Below are positions 25,421 through 38,161 of a DNA stretch of 64,000 nt, one piece after another. Under the pieces are notes generated by a model, which was not told the origin of the DNA, did not search any database, and was given only the letters and a program-made list of their open reading frames with translations. How positions within the stretch are numbered: position 1 is the stretch's first letter; each line of letters opens with the position of its first letter. This stretch comes from Lama guanicoe (lineage: Eukaryota). The DNA is taken from contig MU053487.1 of the NCBI GenBank assembly GCA_013239625.1, positions 1,695,058 to 1,759,057 of the forward strand, read 5' to 3'. The position numbers and the translations under genes were made by a program.

Positions 25421-27623
25421 AGCTCACAACATTCTAGGTAGATAAAGCTAGACAGACCATTTTAAACAGAAGAGAAAACTGAGACTCATGTCCTAACCTT
25501 ATCTAGTCAATTCCCAGAAGATCCAGGCTGAAATCTGCTGTTCCCATCACTCAGCCATGACTGAGGTTTGGGAAATAAGAACTAATGTTAATAGAATCAA
25601 TACTCTGAAATGATGATAAGAGCAAGAAGGTAACCAAGTACTATTCCTTCATGGGTACTCACTGTTTTTTGTTTTGTTGTTTTAAAAAAAAAATCCTTAT
25701 TTGCATTAAATTACTTTTTAAAAAGTAAGTAGAGCACTCAGTTAATGTTACCACTGAAATGGATGCTAGAACTATGATGTAAAACTCCAGAACCACAGAA
25801 CACAGTGGATTAAAACTTGGCCTGACATACTTAGAAGCAAGATAAAACCGAGTTCCACATTCTTACATGGTGTCTAGTGCAAAGTATTTCCCAGGCGTTT
25901 GGTACCATCCGTTCAACAAAAGAAGTGTGGGGTGTGGAGCGTTTCCATCTTCTGCCCATAGTTCATTGGAGGAGCCAGGGAAATTTTGATCAGGACTCTG
26001 TGCATGTGCGTGTAAGCACATCCTGTGTAAGTACGAGCCTGAGTGTGTAAGTGTGTAGAGACAGCATCTGTATTACACAGTCTGAGAGAGTTTAGAGAAA
26101 GGTTCACTCTCCATGTCCAACTACATACAGTATTTTCCTGAGTGCACAGTAGTTTTGGAGGGGCCAGATTACAGGGGCTTGGTTCTCTCCACCCACAGCC
26201 CCTCCTGTCAGCAGCAGAGCTGGACCCAGTTTCTGCAGCCTCCGTTTGTCACTTCTCCATCCATCTTTAGGATGGGCAGTCGCTTCAGCACATGGACCTT
26301 GGGGAACGTTGTAGGTGGACTTGAAGGCCAGAGCCTGGTTGTACACAGTGAACAGCTGATCTTCTTGGTGTCATTCCTGTGTCTTGCTAATCTTAAGGCT
26401 TCTGGTAGTGGAGAGGCCATGAGCATGTTACCAGGGCTTTAGGGAAGACAGAACTGGGGCAGAGAGTAGAAAGAAGTTGGGGTTCATTGGTTGAGGGTGT
26501 TTGGTTTCCAAACTTAAATGCTAGATTATAATTACTGGCACAAATCTTCAAACAGTAAAATGGAATCTACCAAGAGAAGTGGCTATCTACCTAACACATC
26601 ATATCCCACGACTGCTCTCCTTCCCACCTCTCAGCCTTCCTGGGTTCCACAACGTTCCCAAGGGAGCATGGCCCCCAACTGCCCAATCTCTCCCTCCTGC
26701 TCTCTTGCCATCACACCAGGAAAATGAAAAAAAAATAGCATTTTTTTACATACACGAAAAATATTTGGCAATTCTCTATCATTTAAGGTGCACTGATCAC
26801 TGTGGACCTTCTTAGCAAGTAAAATATTATATTTACATATAAGCTTGAATGGAATCCTTTTATGCACAATGTTATGTAGGCAAAACTCCTTTCATGCCAG
26901 GAAATAACAATCATATTCAGCAGTTTCCAAAAAGAACAGTACTTTAATAAAATTGGTAAAATTGCCTCATTTGGAAGTCATGAATCCAACCATTATTTGA
27001 ATATTATAGTACAGATTGGTTCAATCCTAATTAAGGTTAACACTAATATCAGTGTTGGTTCGGTATTCACTGGTCTACCTTTAGGTTTTGGCTACTCAGA
27101 AACATACGAAGAGTGGTAATAGTAGATTACGTTTACTGCCTGTTTTGCTGGTGGGCTTGAAACTTTACTTGCATTAGCTCGTATCTCATCTAATCTTCCC
27201 AAGCGCTTAAAGGTGAGTTTTGTTACCTTCCATTTCTTACACTAAAACAAAGAATACCCCTCTCTTAGGGATGTTAAGTAAATTGCATAAAGTCACAGGG
27301 TTAGTAAGCTGCAGAGCTGGAGAGACACAATAATGCAAGTTTTGAAAGGACAGGCTTTTATTATGCTTGCTTATCAGCACTGATGTGTGAATTGTTTAAA
27401 ACTTAGTCTAATTATTAAGACCACAGCTGTGTTAAATTTCCTGCGCTGGTTCACATCATCTTCATGCAAAGTTACGGGGTTATGTGCTAAAAGCACTGTA
27501 TTTTGCGGGGAGTGGAGCTTCAAGTTATTGGATACACCAGTGCTACTATCTTTTAATTTTCCTGGAATATTGAAGTGAAAGGATGGAGAGCTCAAAGAAG
27601 GAAGAGTGTGCTGATAGTCAGGC

Positions 27624-27627
<4 letters not shown>

Positions 27628-27657
<30 letters not shown>
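27628..27657. repeat. Poly-T run (30 nt)
   Basis: Read directly. Confidence 0.95.
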
Positions 27658-27661
<4 letters not shown>

Positions 27662-30234
27662 CAGGCAGACCTGCAGAAATATGCCTGTCTTACTACGCTC
27701 AGTAGAGCCTCCTGACGCATATGGCTCTCTGGCTGCATGTTACATATGGTGAAGTTACTTACCCAGCATGTCATGGACTTCCTTTGTTTTGCCGTCTTGA
27801 ACAATGGAGCTGTGGGTTCATTTCTCGCTGTTCTCTTCGGATTCAGTCTTAGAAATGGAATCGCTTTACAGGCAGATTGTCATTGTTAAGCACATAGCAG
27901 TGGTAGTAGTTTAAGAGAAGATGCTTTCCTGGCCTTTGTTGTCTTTGAGTATTCTACTCAATTTTGTTGTTGTTTGTGAATAACTTTATGTGAAAGGAGG
28001 GTCAAGGTGTTTCCTACATTAGTCTGCGTGTCTCTGTTTCAATACACGCTTTACAACAGGAACGGAGAAGAATACAGTGAATTTGTCAAAGGTTTAGACA
28101 GTTGTGAACATGAGTTTGAACGATACTAATAAAGGAAGCTGGATACTTAGCACCATGTATACTGGATTTGTAAGGTGTAGTTTCATTTAAGAGAATAAAA
28201 TAGTATAAAATGACAAGATGAGAGTGGCAATTGGGAAATATGTAAGAATATAGGACTTTCTTTTTAAAATAAATATCACTTGTAAATATTTTAATCGAAT
28301 ATTTCCAAGTGTTAGGGAGTGCTGCCACTAATTCTTTTGACTATTAAAGTATTTTTGGTGGCCGTCTTACACGTCAGAACATTTCATCCTGTTGTGCACA
28401 GCGACCTGTCTTTAAGATACTTACGCATATTGATGACCACCTTTCAGTTATTTAGTGTGAAATTCAAAGACTTCCCTTGTGCTCCTCCACATTTGGTAGA
28501 ATCGAATTATTCATTTGTGTGTATGTGAGGGGAGGAGTGGGCAGGGATTAAGCTGAAATATTTGGAAGAAAAGCTATACATTGGTTTTCAAGAAAATGGC
28601 AGTGAGAGTAAACCACTGAAAAGACTTCTAGATCGGAAGGATTTTTAAAAGATAATGAAGAGTGCACATCTATTTTAAGTGTCAGGTGAAAAATAAGTCT
28701 AGCATTGGAATCAGTTGACTCGAAGACAACGTCTGGTGGTCTTACACAGTATTTCGCGCAGCCAGCCTGCCTCTCACTGGACGAGCTGTGTCTAATAAGG
28801 AACAATGAGGAGTGAGTTCCCACTCTGGGGAGGTTTGACTGGGGATCCCAAGCCAGGGTGGAGACGCCAGCGCCACTCAGCACACAAGAGCAGTGAGTGT
28901 CGCTGTCGATGCCTGCTGCGAGTTGTGGGAAAACTGTTTTTAACCTTAAGAAGGGAAAACTTTTTTTTTTTAATCAGGAAGACACATTAAATTCATTTTC
29001 TCTGCTTTTTGATAATGTAAAAAGCAAACTAGAAATAATAACTCGTGGACTCAAATCCTCCGGGAAAGAAAAAGAGATTTAGGCATGGATGATGTATGGC
29101 CTTGAGATGCGTGGTAGACTCCAGTTATCATTAATCTAATAAATACTGTGACTTTTTGCAGCACTGAGGAATTTTTCTTAGAGTTGCATCCTCATATTGA
29201 TACATTAAAAGTAATTCATTACCATTTTAAACAGAGGTCTATAATGTATTACTTTCGCCTTATTCATTTTATGCCTAAGAAATAATGTTGCTATGAGGTT
29301 AAATTAGTGGTAAAAAGGATTTTTTAAAGCTATTACTGGTAATTTTTAGCATAATCACATGCAGTACCTCAGTTGTAAACTGTAGTTTGCATGAGTTTAA
29401 ACTGCAGATTACCTCTTCCCTCTAGGTAAGCCTCTATAAAATCAACCTGGAAAAAATCTTACTAGGTTTTTTTAATTCCTTTTATGCAGAACTCAGATGG
29501 TTACTTTATAATAATCTTTCAAAGCATTTTTGGAAAGGGAAGGGATAAGTAATTTGGACTATGAGTTTCTATTGTTTGAAAACAAATTTAAGCAAGATAT
29601 TTGAAAAGCAATTGTAGAAAAAAGATGCACTTTGTATAACTTATATCAGAGTTACAAATATTGTTGCTCTAAATAACATTTACATTATTGATTAGAACAA
29701 GCTCCTTTGACTACTCTTGCTTATGTGAAGGATGTATTTTTCCTGAGTATGTCCTGCTATGACACGCAAATAAGCCAGCACTATGAAGAAACGCAAGTGA
29801 AATTTCAAAAATAATGGTTAAACAGCTCCCTCATAACTATAATGGCATGTTAAACTGAGAAGTTCCAAAACTAGAAAAGCTAGAATTCTGATGTCTACCT
29901 CTTTTCCCAAGAGACCCTCCAATATTAAAAACTTTTCTTTGATAACATGATTATTTCTGGTTGACTTGAAACAAAACATAAGCCAGACTTTTAAAGATGT
30001 TCCTGATGTTCTAAATTTGAATTTAAGCTCTTGCTCACCAGTCTCCCCTGTTCTATGATTTAAACATTTATGATTGCGTATATTACTCAGTGACTCTTTG
30101 ATCTGTCGCTGAATTATAGTGATTTATATACAGCTGTGCTAAATTTTCATTAGTTTATACATTGACTCACTTATTCATCACCCGCATACCAGGCAAGGTT
30201 CTAGACACTAAGGATTCAGTATTTAAAAAGCAAG

Positions 30235-30430
30235 ACAGCAAGGACCTATAGTACAGCACAGAGAACTATATTCAATACCTTATACTGGCCTATAATGAAA
30301 AAAAATATGAAAAGGAATATGTGTAAATGAGTCACTATGCTGCACGCCAGAAACTAACACACTGTAAATTGACTAATACTTCAATTTTTGAAAAATAAAA
30401 AAAAATTTTAAAGAAATGTTAAATAGTTTT
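30235..30430 (+). mobile_element. 5'-truncated LINE-1 3' end with A-rich tail and 13-bp TSD
   Basis: caaggacctatagtacagcacagagaactatattcaatacc...agtcactatgctgcacgccagaaactaacac. TSD tttaaaaagcaag at 30222-30234 and 30431-30443. Confidence 0.85.
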
Positions 30431-32594
30431 TTTAAAAAGCAAGGTCCCTACCCACATGGAACTTGCTTTCTGTCTCTGGTTAGTTGCTGAAATCTCACTC
30501 TAAATGTTTTCTGCTTAAAGAAGACTTTAGTCTGAAGCAAATTTATTTTATACTGTTGAATCAAAAAGTTCACATTCTCAGACCGTTTCATTTCTACAGG
30601 AACATTGACAGATGTTTAGCAACAAATACAAGAAATATATCTTTCAATATAGCAGTAAGCAAAGCATTTCATTCACTGGAGTTTATCAGACTTACAGAGC
30701 TTGGGGATGTTAGGAGTGGCTGAATTAGCACTGATACAATCAGCGTTTGTATTTAAGTTAATATCCTAATTTCATTTGCTGCATTAAAAAATAATATAAC
30801 AACAGTCTAAGTGGTTGAAAATGTTGGGAAACTTTAAAGAATTTCCTAGAGAATTGTTACCATTCACAGTGACCTATACCCATTCATGCTAATTTGTAAG
30901 ACTTCATAGTGTCGTAAGTAACTGAAGTACCCTGTGGTGCAGATACACCAAAATAGGTTTACTGTCTCTACTGTAAATAGCTTCTTCCCTGTAGACTGCA
31001 AGTTTACTGTGTTCCCTTCATGTTCTGACTTTAAAATGTCACATCCACACTTGCGGACTGTTTCATTGCCTTTTAATTTGGGTGGAAAACTTTGGCGTTG
31101 CTGTTGGAGATGATATGATGCAGGGTTTTGTTCTTGATCCTGAGGTGTGAGGCCCTCCAGCCACTGTGAATGATGTCAGCAGAGACAGACGAAATCAATT
31201 CTCTGCAAGGATGTGCATAGGCTGTTTGAAGCCTTGGCTAGTGGGCCAGTCTATAAACTGGGGTACAGAGTCACTGAGGAATGGTCACTTCATGTAGAAG
31301 AGGCAAAAAATATTTGCTTCTACTGTGTCAGCGTTCTGTCCCAGGGATTGAATAAGAGAAGAATGTCATTTTGCAAAAATTATACACAATTCTGGACGCT
31401 GTTGCTGGTATTCAGTTTTCTGGTTTTGTCTGCTCACCAATATTACTATAACTTATGAACATGTATTTAAGGAAAAAATGCTTCTCATCAAGATTTGAAT
31501 CATGCACTTTAATACCTTTGTTTTCAACGTGCCGTTTGCTTGTCTTGGAGCTGTAGGGAAACGATGTGATTCCCTTAATTACTGGTCACCCATATTGAAC
31601 AACAGACACTGTGATGCGGCTTGCCAACAGCTGAATGCATCCTGAATGAACCCAGGAGGGACAGAAGACCCACTGGGCTTCAGACTTAATGCCTCAGATG
31701 TAAGAGGCACTTTAAAGAGTGCTGTAAATTACAACAGCTTCTAAACGGGGCTGGACATTTTAGCCCTTCCTCTGGGATGAACCCAAGCCCCAGTCATTCA
31801 TTGAGGTCTTTGGTGCACAGGGACGATGGCAAGACATCACCAGGGAAGCAGAGCCCTTTCCTGTAATAATACAAAATGATTAAGAGGGCCTAAAAAGAAA
31901 TCAATTCACTAATCAATAGTATGTAACTGCTTGGAGCACTTTCCTCATGCTAATCAGACTTTAAGTTGTTTAAACTAAATATCTCCAGTTTCCCCAATTA
32001 CCGACCTGATTTACAGGACATGGTTGAGGATGTCAGAGTCAACTGGAGCCAGATTCCAGAGCATTTGTCTTCAGAGAAAGACAGAAATAACTCATAGATG
32101 GTCCTCTCTCACTATAGGGTCAGAAGGCCCCTGAAAGGGAGGCTACAGTAGGAATTGTTCTCCTGGTTTGCAGACAGTGGTGAATTAGCGTGATAATCTC
32201 AAGTTAAAACATATATATTTGTTTGAGAATACAGGTGGGAACTTGATTCAGTTCAGGAGTGATGGAGGTCAAAATAACTATGGAAAATACCCGTACACAA
32301 TGTATTTTCAGGCCTTTAAAATTTGGTTTTAACTTCAGCCATGGTGAACAGCACTGCAGCAGACAAGACTCCGAATTCAAAAGAATCGAAGGTATTCTAA
32401 CAATACTGTAAAATGACGCCATGTGACCTGCCTATATATTTATTGCCAGCAATTCTAGTATCAAAACCACACGTCAACGTTTTTTTCCTGAGTTGAATGC
32501 CACTGTGGGTGGAAAAAAAAAAAAGCAACGCTAAGAAATAACTTTCTGCAGGGGGAAAACCTTTTTTTATTGATATGTTTTACTTTGCTGGCAG

Positions 32595-32703
32595 ACCAGA
32601 GCAAAGGTTTTGTGAACATTTAAAAGATGAAAAAGGTGAAGAATCCCAGAAGCGGTTTATCTTGAAGCGAGATAACTCTAGTATTGATAAAGAAGACACT
32701 CAG
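32595..32703 (+). CDS. ARPP21: ARPP21 coding exon 8: PEQRFCEHLKDEKGEESQKRFILKRDNSSIDKEDTQ, N-terminal part of SUZ
   Basis: ctggcag acceptor, CAG|gttggt donor, 109 nt, phase 2/0, FILKR motif. Confidence 0.95.
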
Positions 32704-34577
32704 GTTGGTTCTCAAGTTTGAGAGTGGATGGCATTGTTTTTGAAGGTGGGCTGACCGATGTCCTTGTTGTTCTTCTGTTGTCCCTTCTGGCTCTCCCAAG
32801 TCTCCCCTGCCTCTGATACGACTGTGCCCCGCCACCTCCCGCTCCCCCTTCCCCCCTGGCATTCAATGGGCAGCAAAAAGCCATGTCCTGGTCTCGCTTC
32901 AGCAATGGCTCTGTGTGGGGCTGCATGGGTGGTGCTTGGCGCAGTTTCTGCTGCATGTGTGGGGGCGGGGGCTGGGATGCCGCCGGCTCCGAGCTGATGG
33001 GGAAGAGCTTTGTCAGTCGCATTTCCAGATGTCTGTGTAACTACGGCAGTCGTTCCACTCCCTACAGCCTTGTCCTTCAGTTGTGCACACACTGAGCTGG
33101 ATTTTCAATACGGACCGATGAGCAACTGATGTAGCTGTAAAGAACAAACGTTGTTATGGTGAGGACAGGTGGATTTTGCAACTCTCCTAAAATAAGTCTT
33201 CACAAAAAAGAATCGAGTTCATGTTTTAGTCCCCCACCGTTTCTCCTCCCCATGTGTTCTATTGTCCGTGTCTGCAGTCTGCTTGTTTTGCATGAACGGG
33301 AGCAGAACTCCTTCCTCACATGTGTCAAAACATCCTGTTGTTCTGGAGTAGCCTTATTCACGGGGCCTCGACCAGGCTAGAGGGACTCTCTACCAGATTC
33401 CTTCTCTGGGTGGAGGGGGTGGGTTTCAGGGTGATTAAGAAGACAACCAAGTACCTGGAGAAAGAAAACACATTTTAAACGATGAGGAGAGCAGTAGAAA
33501 GTCATATAAATGCATTACCGTGACACTTCGTGTCTCTGACAATCAAAATAGATTTTTTTTTGAAAATGACTTTGCTTTAGAATTCTTAAAGGTAAGACAA
33601 TATGCATCTCACTCAAGTTATTATTTTAATTACTCTCCATGAGTCACCGTGAGCCGGTGTGCACATCTCTGACGCACCTAAAAAAAAAAAGTTCATCATT
33701 TGTATCTCGTTTCCTCCCACCACCACCACCACGGAACCACACTGTGGCTTGAGTTGACTCTGAAACATGTGCCTGTGTCGTGTACTTTGTGGGTGTTTGT
33801 TGGATGGATGGATGGATGGACGAACGTGGTTAGTGCAGAACATTTGGGGAGAAGTGGCAAGAATGAGAAGGGAGGACAGTTGAGATGCAGGAAGTGGTTC
33901 CAAGGGAAGGCTGAGGGTGTCCTCATGCTGGGTTCTTTGAATTTTGACTTCAGACTGCTTGATATCGACCCTAATCAACAGATAGGCTTTTTGAATTTAG
34001 TTTCCACTTTCTATCCCAGATGTAACTCACAAAATGTCGTCGAGTAATAAGAACACAAATCAGGTTGGAGAAATAGTGCCTACCTCTTCCTGTCTGCCCA
34101 TTGCTTTCTTTACCCCCTTGCTGTTTCTTCAGCCCATAAGTTTTAAGAGCCATTTTTTCTCTTAGCCACCTTAAGCTAGCCACTTCCTCTTTTCTCACCA
34201 ACATTCCAGCCTCCTTCTGAGACATCAAAATCACACAGGTTTGCTAAGGAGACAGAGCCCATCACTCATGAACCAGTACATAGAGGAACTGGCTGAACAC
34301 CGAGCACACCCAAGAGCTTACGTTCCAGAAACACCAGCAGCTACTTGAATCCACCAAGGGAGTGACCAGGGGCAGCAAACATCTCCTGCCATTGCGTGGC
34401 ATGCACACATGCCACCCACACTCCCTGCCACGGCTCTCTGGGGGACCCAAGGGAGTAAGACTCTTCAGGCTCCATTTGTTTAAGTGAACATTTATTATTC
34501 TCAGCTGACAGTTGCTTAACTGCAGGTTTCTAACAGCTCAACTTGGATAACCCTCCTGATTTCTTTTTTCTGTTCAG

Positions 34578-34679
34578 CAAAACAGAATGCATCCATTTAG
34601 AGATGACAGACGAAGTAAATCAATTGAAGAGAGAGAAGAGGAATATCAGAGAGTGAGGGAGAGAATATTTGCACACGAT
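34578..34679 (+). CDS. ARPP21: ARPP21 coding exon 9: QNRMHPFRDDRRSKSIEEREEEYQRVRERIFAHD, C-terminal part of SUZ
   Basis: SUZ signature KSIEEREEEYQRVRERIF, ttttctgttcag acceptor, GAT|gtgagt donor, 102 nt, symmetric phase 0. Confidence 0.96.
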
Positions 34680-36105
34680 GTGAGTAGTTGTTTTAATTGC
34701 CTCTTGAGTGCGGTCCTTCCATCAGCAGTCAGGCAGCTTCGTTCCCCAGACAGGCAGCTGGCAGGGACCGAGGGAGCTGGAGCCAGGGAACAAATCGAAC
34801 GGCAGCAAAACTCGAGGTGTGTCTGGAAGAGGACCTGGTCAGGGAAGTGATGGAAATGTGTCCAGAGGTTTGCATGTGTTCCTAGGATATGACCTGTGCG
34901 GAAACAGATGTAATTTTTGTCAGTAAAGTAGACCGTAAGTACACAGAAAGGTTGTCAGATTTGAAGAAATTCCTTCACATATTAGCCAGCAGATAGCACA
35001 TAGTTGTCTTTTTCATACCAACATTGTGTAGAGGAAAGAATTACAGAAAAAAAGAGAGGAATCTGTTGACCACATGGACATGCACAGAATTTTCTGCGTT
35101 CTTAGCAAGTATGAGCATTTTATTACCAAAGTTAAATAATAACTCTTCATCTCCCACCACCCCAATTTCAGATCGAATCAGTTCCGTGAACAGCTGTCAA
35201 GGGAATCATCACAAAACAATCTCTTTGTTCAAATCCCAAACAAGAAAATGTGGTTGTGATTTTTTTTTCAATCCTTTACTCATTGTGACCAAATTCAAAT
35301 GCAATTAAATTAAATAAAAAATAAAAGGTGAAAAAAAACAAAACTAACTTGATTTTAATGCAGTAAAATGAAAAGGGGGAGCAATTGTCACAAGTTTTCC
35401 AGTCCACAAAATCATTTGGTAGCCTCCTAAAATGCTGTGATTTCTTTCCTCCACAGAAGTACAGTCAACAGCTCCTTTGTGTGGACTTTCTGTGGCCTAC
35501 ACCTCTGGCTTCACTAAGTGAGGTGGGGTATCTGACCCCCTGGGGTAATTTGCTCCTGGAGGCTGTTACAAAGCCTGCCCAGAGACCTAGACGTCCATGC
35601 TCAGCGTGGAGGGGACTGCTGTCTTGAGGGTTTCAGCCCAGGCCAGTTTCCCTGAGCCTCCCGCTGGTGCAGGATCTTGGACTGTGAACCAGCAGAGGAA
35701 GCAACATTGTGTATTGACAGTTTTCTGTTATCTCCTCTAGACACTCTCTGCCTTTCTTGGATACATTAAAACAGAATTTTGAATTGCATAATCTGGCCCA
35801 GAGCTGGGAAATGAGGAGAGTGTGAGAGAAGGAGGTTGGAGTAGCCATAGTTGGATGAAGTCCAAGTCCAATTCTAGAAGATTCTAGAATACCCTTTTAT
35901 TATGATCAGAATTATTGACAGTGCAAAGGACAGCCTGACACATGGTAGACCTTTCATTGTGTTTGCTGGATACAAGAATGGAGTAATGAGAGGATCTATT
36001 CTAGTTGTGATAGGTTAGGGTGCCTACCATGGACTGGAGATAGCATGGTCCTGTCTGATGACCTTCAAAAAGAGAAGTTTTTCTGAAGGCTACTGTATTT
36101 TTTAT

Positions 36106-36113
36106 TCTCTCTT

Positions 36114-36153
<40 letters not shown>
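36106..36153. repeat. Compound (TC)n(CA)n microsatellite
   Basis: Read directly. Confidence 0.95.
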
Positions 36154-37077
36154 GTTCCCTCTTAATCTGGTTCTGGCAAATCATACGATTTACGACTGAG
36201 TAGTTACATCGATAAAGGAATACTAATCACCCACATAATGTACAAACAACATCATGCTTTTTTTTTTCTTTCCAAAGCTGTGTCACATAGCCAGGTGACA
36301 GCAAGTACCATCACTGCTGTCTGCCTGTGGTGTGGGTGGCACATACCCTGTGGTGCTTCACTTCCATGTTCTCACATTCAGGGGGAAGTCATCAAAGGGG
36401 GGCAGTCAGCACGACTCCCTTTACACACTGCATTTCCTTACTTCCCTATTAAGGAGATTAATAGCAAGGGACCCAGGTTCCAGGGTAAAGATTAGAGGCA
36501 AGGGTTCCTGTTGGAAGCCTTCATGGCCACATGCTCTATTAACTTTTTTTTTTTAACCACTAAAAGCAGACTTCATTGTGAGGAGTGTTTAAGTGCACAG
36601 CTATTGTCACAGCCTTTTTCTTCCATGAAGTCACTGGGTAGCCTTCTCTCCAATGCTGTGGCCGCTTGTCCCTGTGGGAGGAGAGGTGTGAGCTCCTATC
36701 ATAGGCTCTCTGGTGGCCAGCACATCTGGCCTTACTAACTCAGGGGGAATCCGGGCTGTTTCTGACTCTACTTTTCACCTGATCCCCTAGGGCAGTGGGT
36801 TTTTTTAAAATTGGAGTTCCATACCTAAAGTACACTCATACAGGGCTTCAGAGATTAAATAAAATCCATGATCTCATCTGCAAAACACAATGTTCATGAA
36901 CATACGTACATTTTTCTAAGAACAGGGCTTCTGGTGTTTATTGTATTCTTAGAAGTTTTCGTGGTGCTTAAATGACTCAGAGCCCCTTTCCTAGAGGGAA
37001 GATGAAGTGCCCCGTGTCTGTCTTCCTGGTGTGAGAGTTCTGGTAGAGACTGTGCAGTCACTCCACTGGAGTTCCCT

Positions 37078-37600
37078 GGTTTAGCTATGAATTGCTGCAT
37101 AACACAGTATCCCCAAATTTGGCAGCTTAAAACGAAAAGCAAACAGAAAACATCTCATCTCACAACTTCTGTGGGTCAGGAATCTGGGAGTGGCTTAGCT
37201 GAGTGATTCTGACTCAAGGCCTTCCGTGAGGTTACATTCGCGCTTTCCGCGGGGGCTGCAGCCCTCTGAAGGCCTGGTCTAGTGGTTCTCTGCTTCCCAA
37301 CTCACTCACGTCTCCCTGCCGGCTGAGCCAGAGACCTCAGTTCCCCCTCAGTGATGTGGGTCCCTCTGTAGGCTGTCAAGCCTTCAAATATGGCAACTAG
37401 CTTCCCCCAGAGCAAGTGGCCAGAGAGAGAAAGAAAGGTCCCAGATGAAGTCATAGTCATTTATAACCTGATCTTGGAAGTGACGTGCCTTCCCTTCTGC
37501 TCTATTCTGTTGGACACACAGACCAGCCCGGGTGCCTGTGGGACGTACCACACGGTGTGCACACCAAGAGGCCAGGGTCACCGGGGGCCACCCTGGATTA
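37078..37600 (-). mobile_element. MLT1-type MaLR solo LTR
   Basis: ttgctgcataacacagtatccccaaatttggcagcttaaaac...tctcacaacttctgtgggtcaggaatctgggagtggcttagctg is characteristic MLT1 text. Confidence 0.8.
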
Positions 37601-38119
37601 ATAGGGTATTACTCAATCCTCTGCTAACTCGAATCCAGGACGGAACAGGAATATGAGCTTTCTCGAACACATACAGTAACAAAGACACAGGACACTTTAG
37701 GGAACCTTCATCTCTGCAATTCCAGATCCCAAAGTATCATTACCATCACCCAAACTACTGAGGTACCCAATACAGTAATGAAAGTATATTAACTCAATTA
37801 TAAAACAAATGCAAAGAATCCAGCATAAGGAAACTGTTACATATGTCTAATCCTTTTCTTAACTGGTCTTTAATTTAGCATCTTCATAAATTAAAAACTT
37901 AGGTAATAAAACCAACTTCCTTTGCCAATTATTAAGCAGTGGAGTAGCTCAAACAGGTTCAAATATCAATATATTCGAGTAGGATTTTTTTTTCTGCTTT
38001 AAGTTACAATGGAGATTTATAGAATACGTCTTGGTATTTACCCTTTAGCAAAATCCCAATTTATTTTAAAATTACAAGTGTTCCTGATTATCTTACAAAT
38101 GTATATTGGTGTCTAAGGG

Positions 38120-38151
<32 letters not shown>

Positions 38152-38161
38152 GTGCGCGCGC
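38120..38161. repeat. (TG)n(CG)n microsatellite
   Basis: Read directly. Confidence 0.95.
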
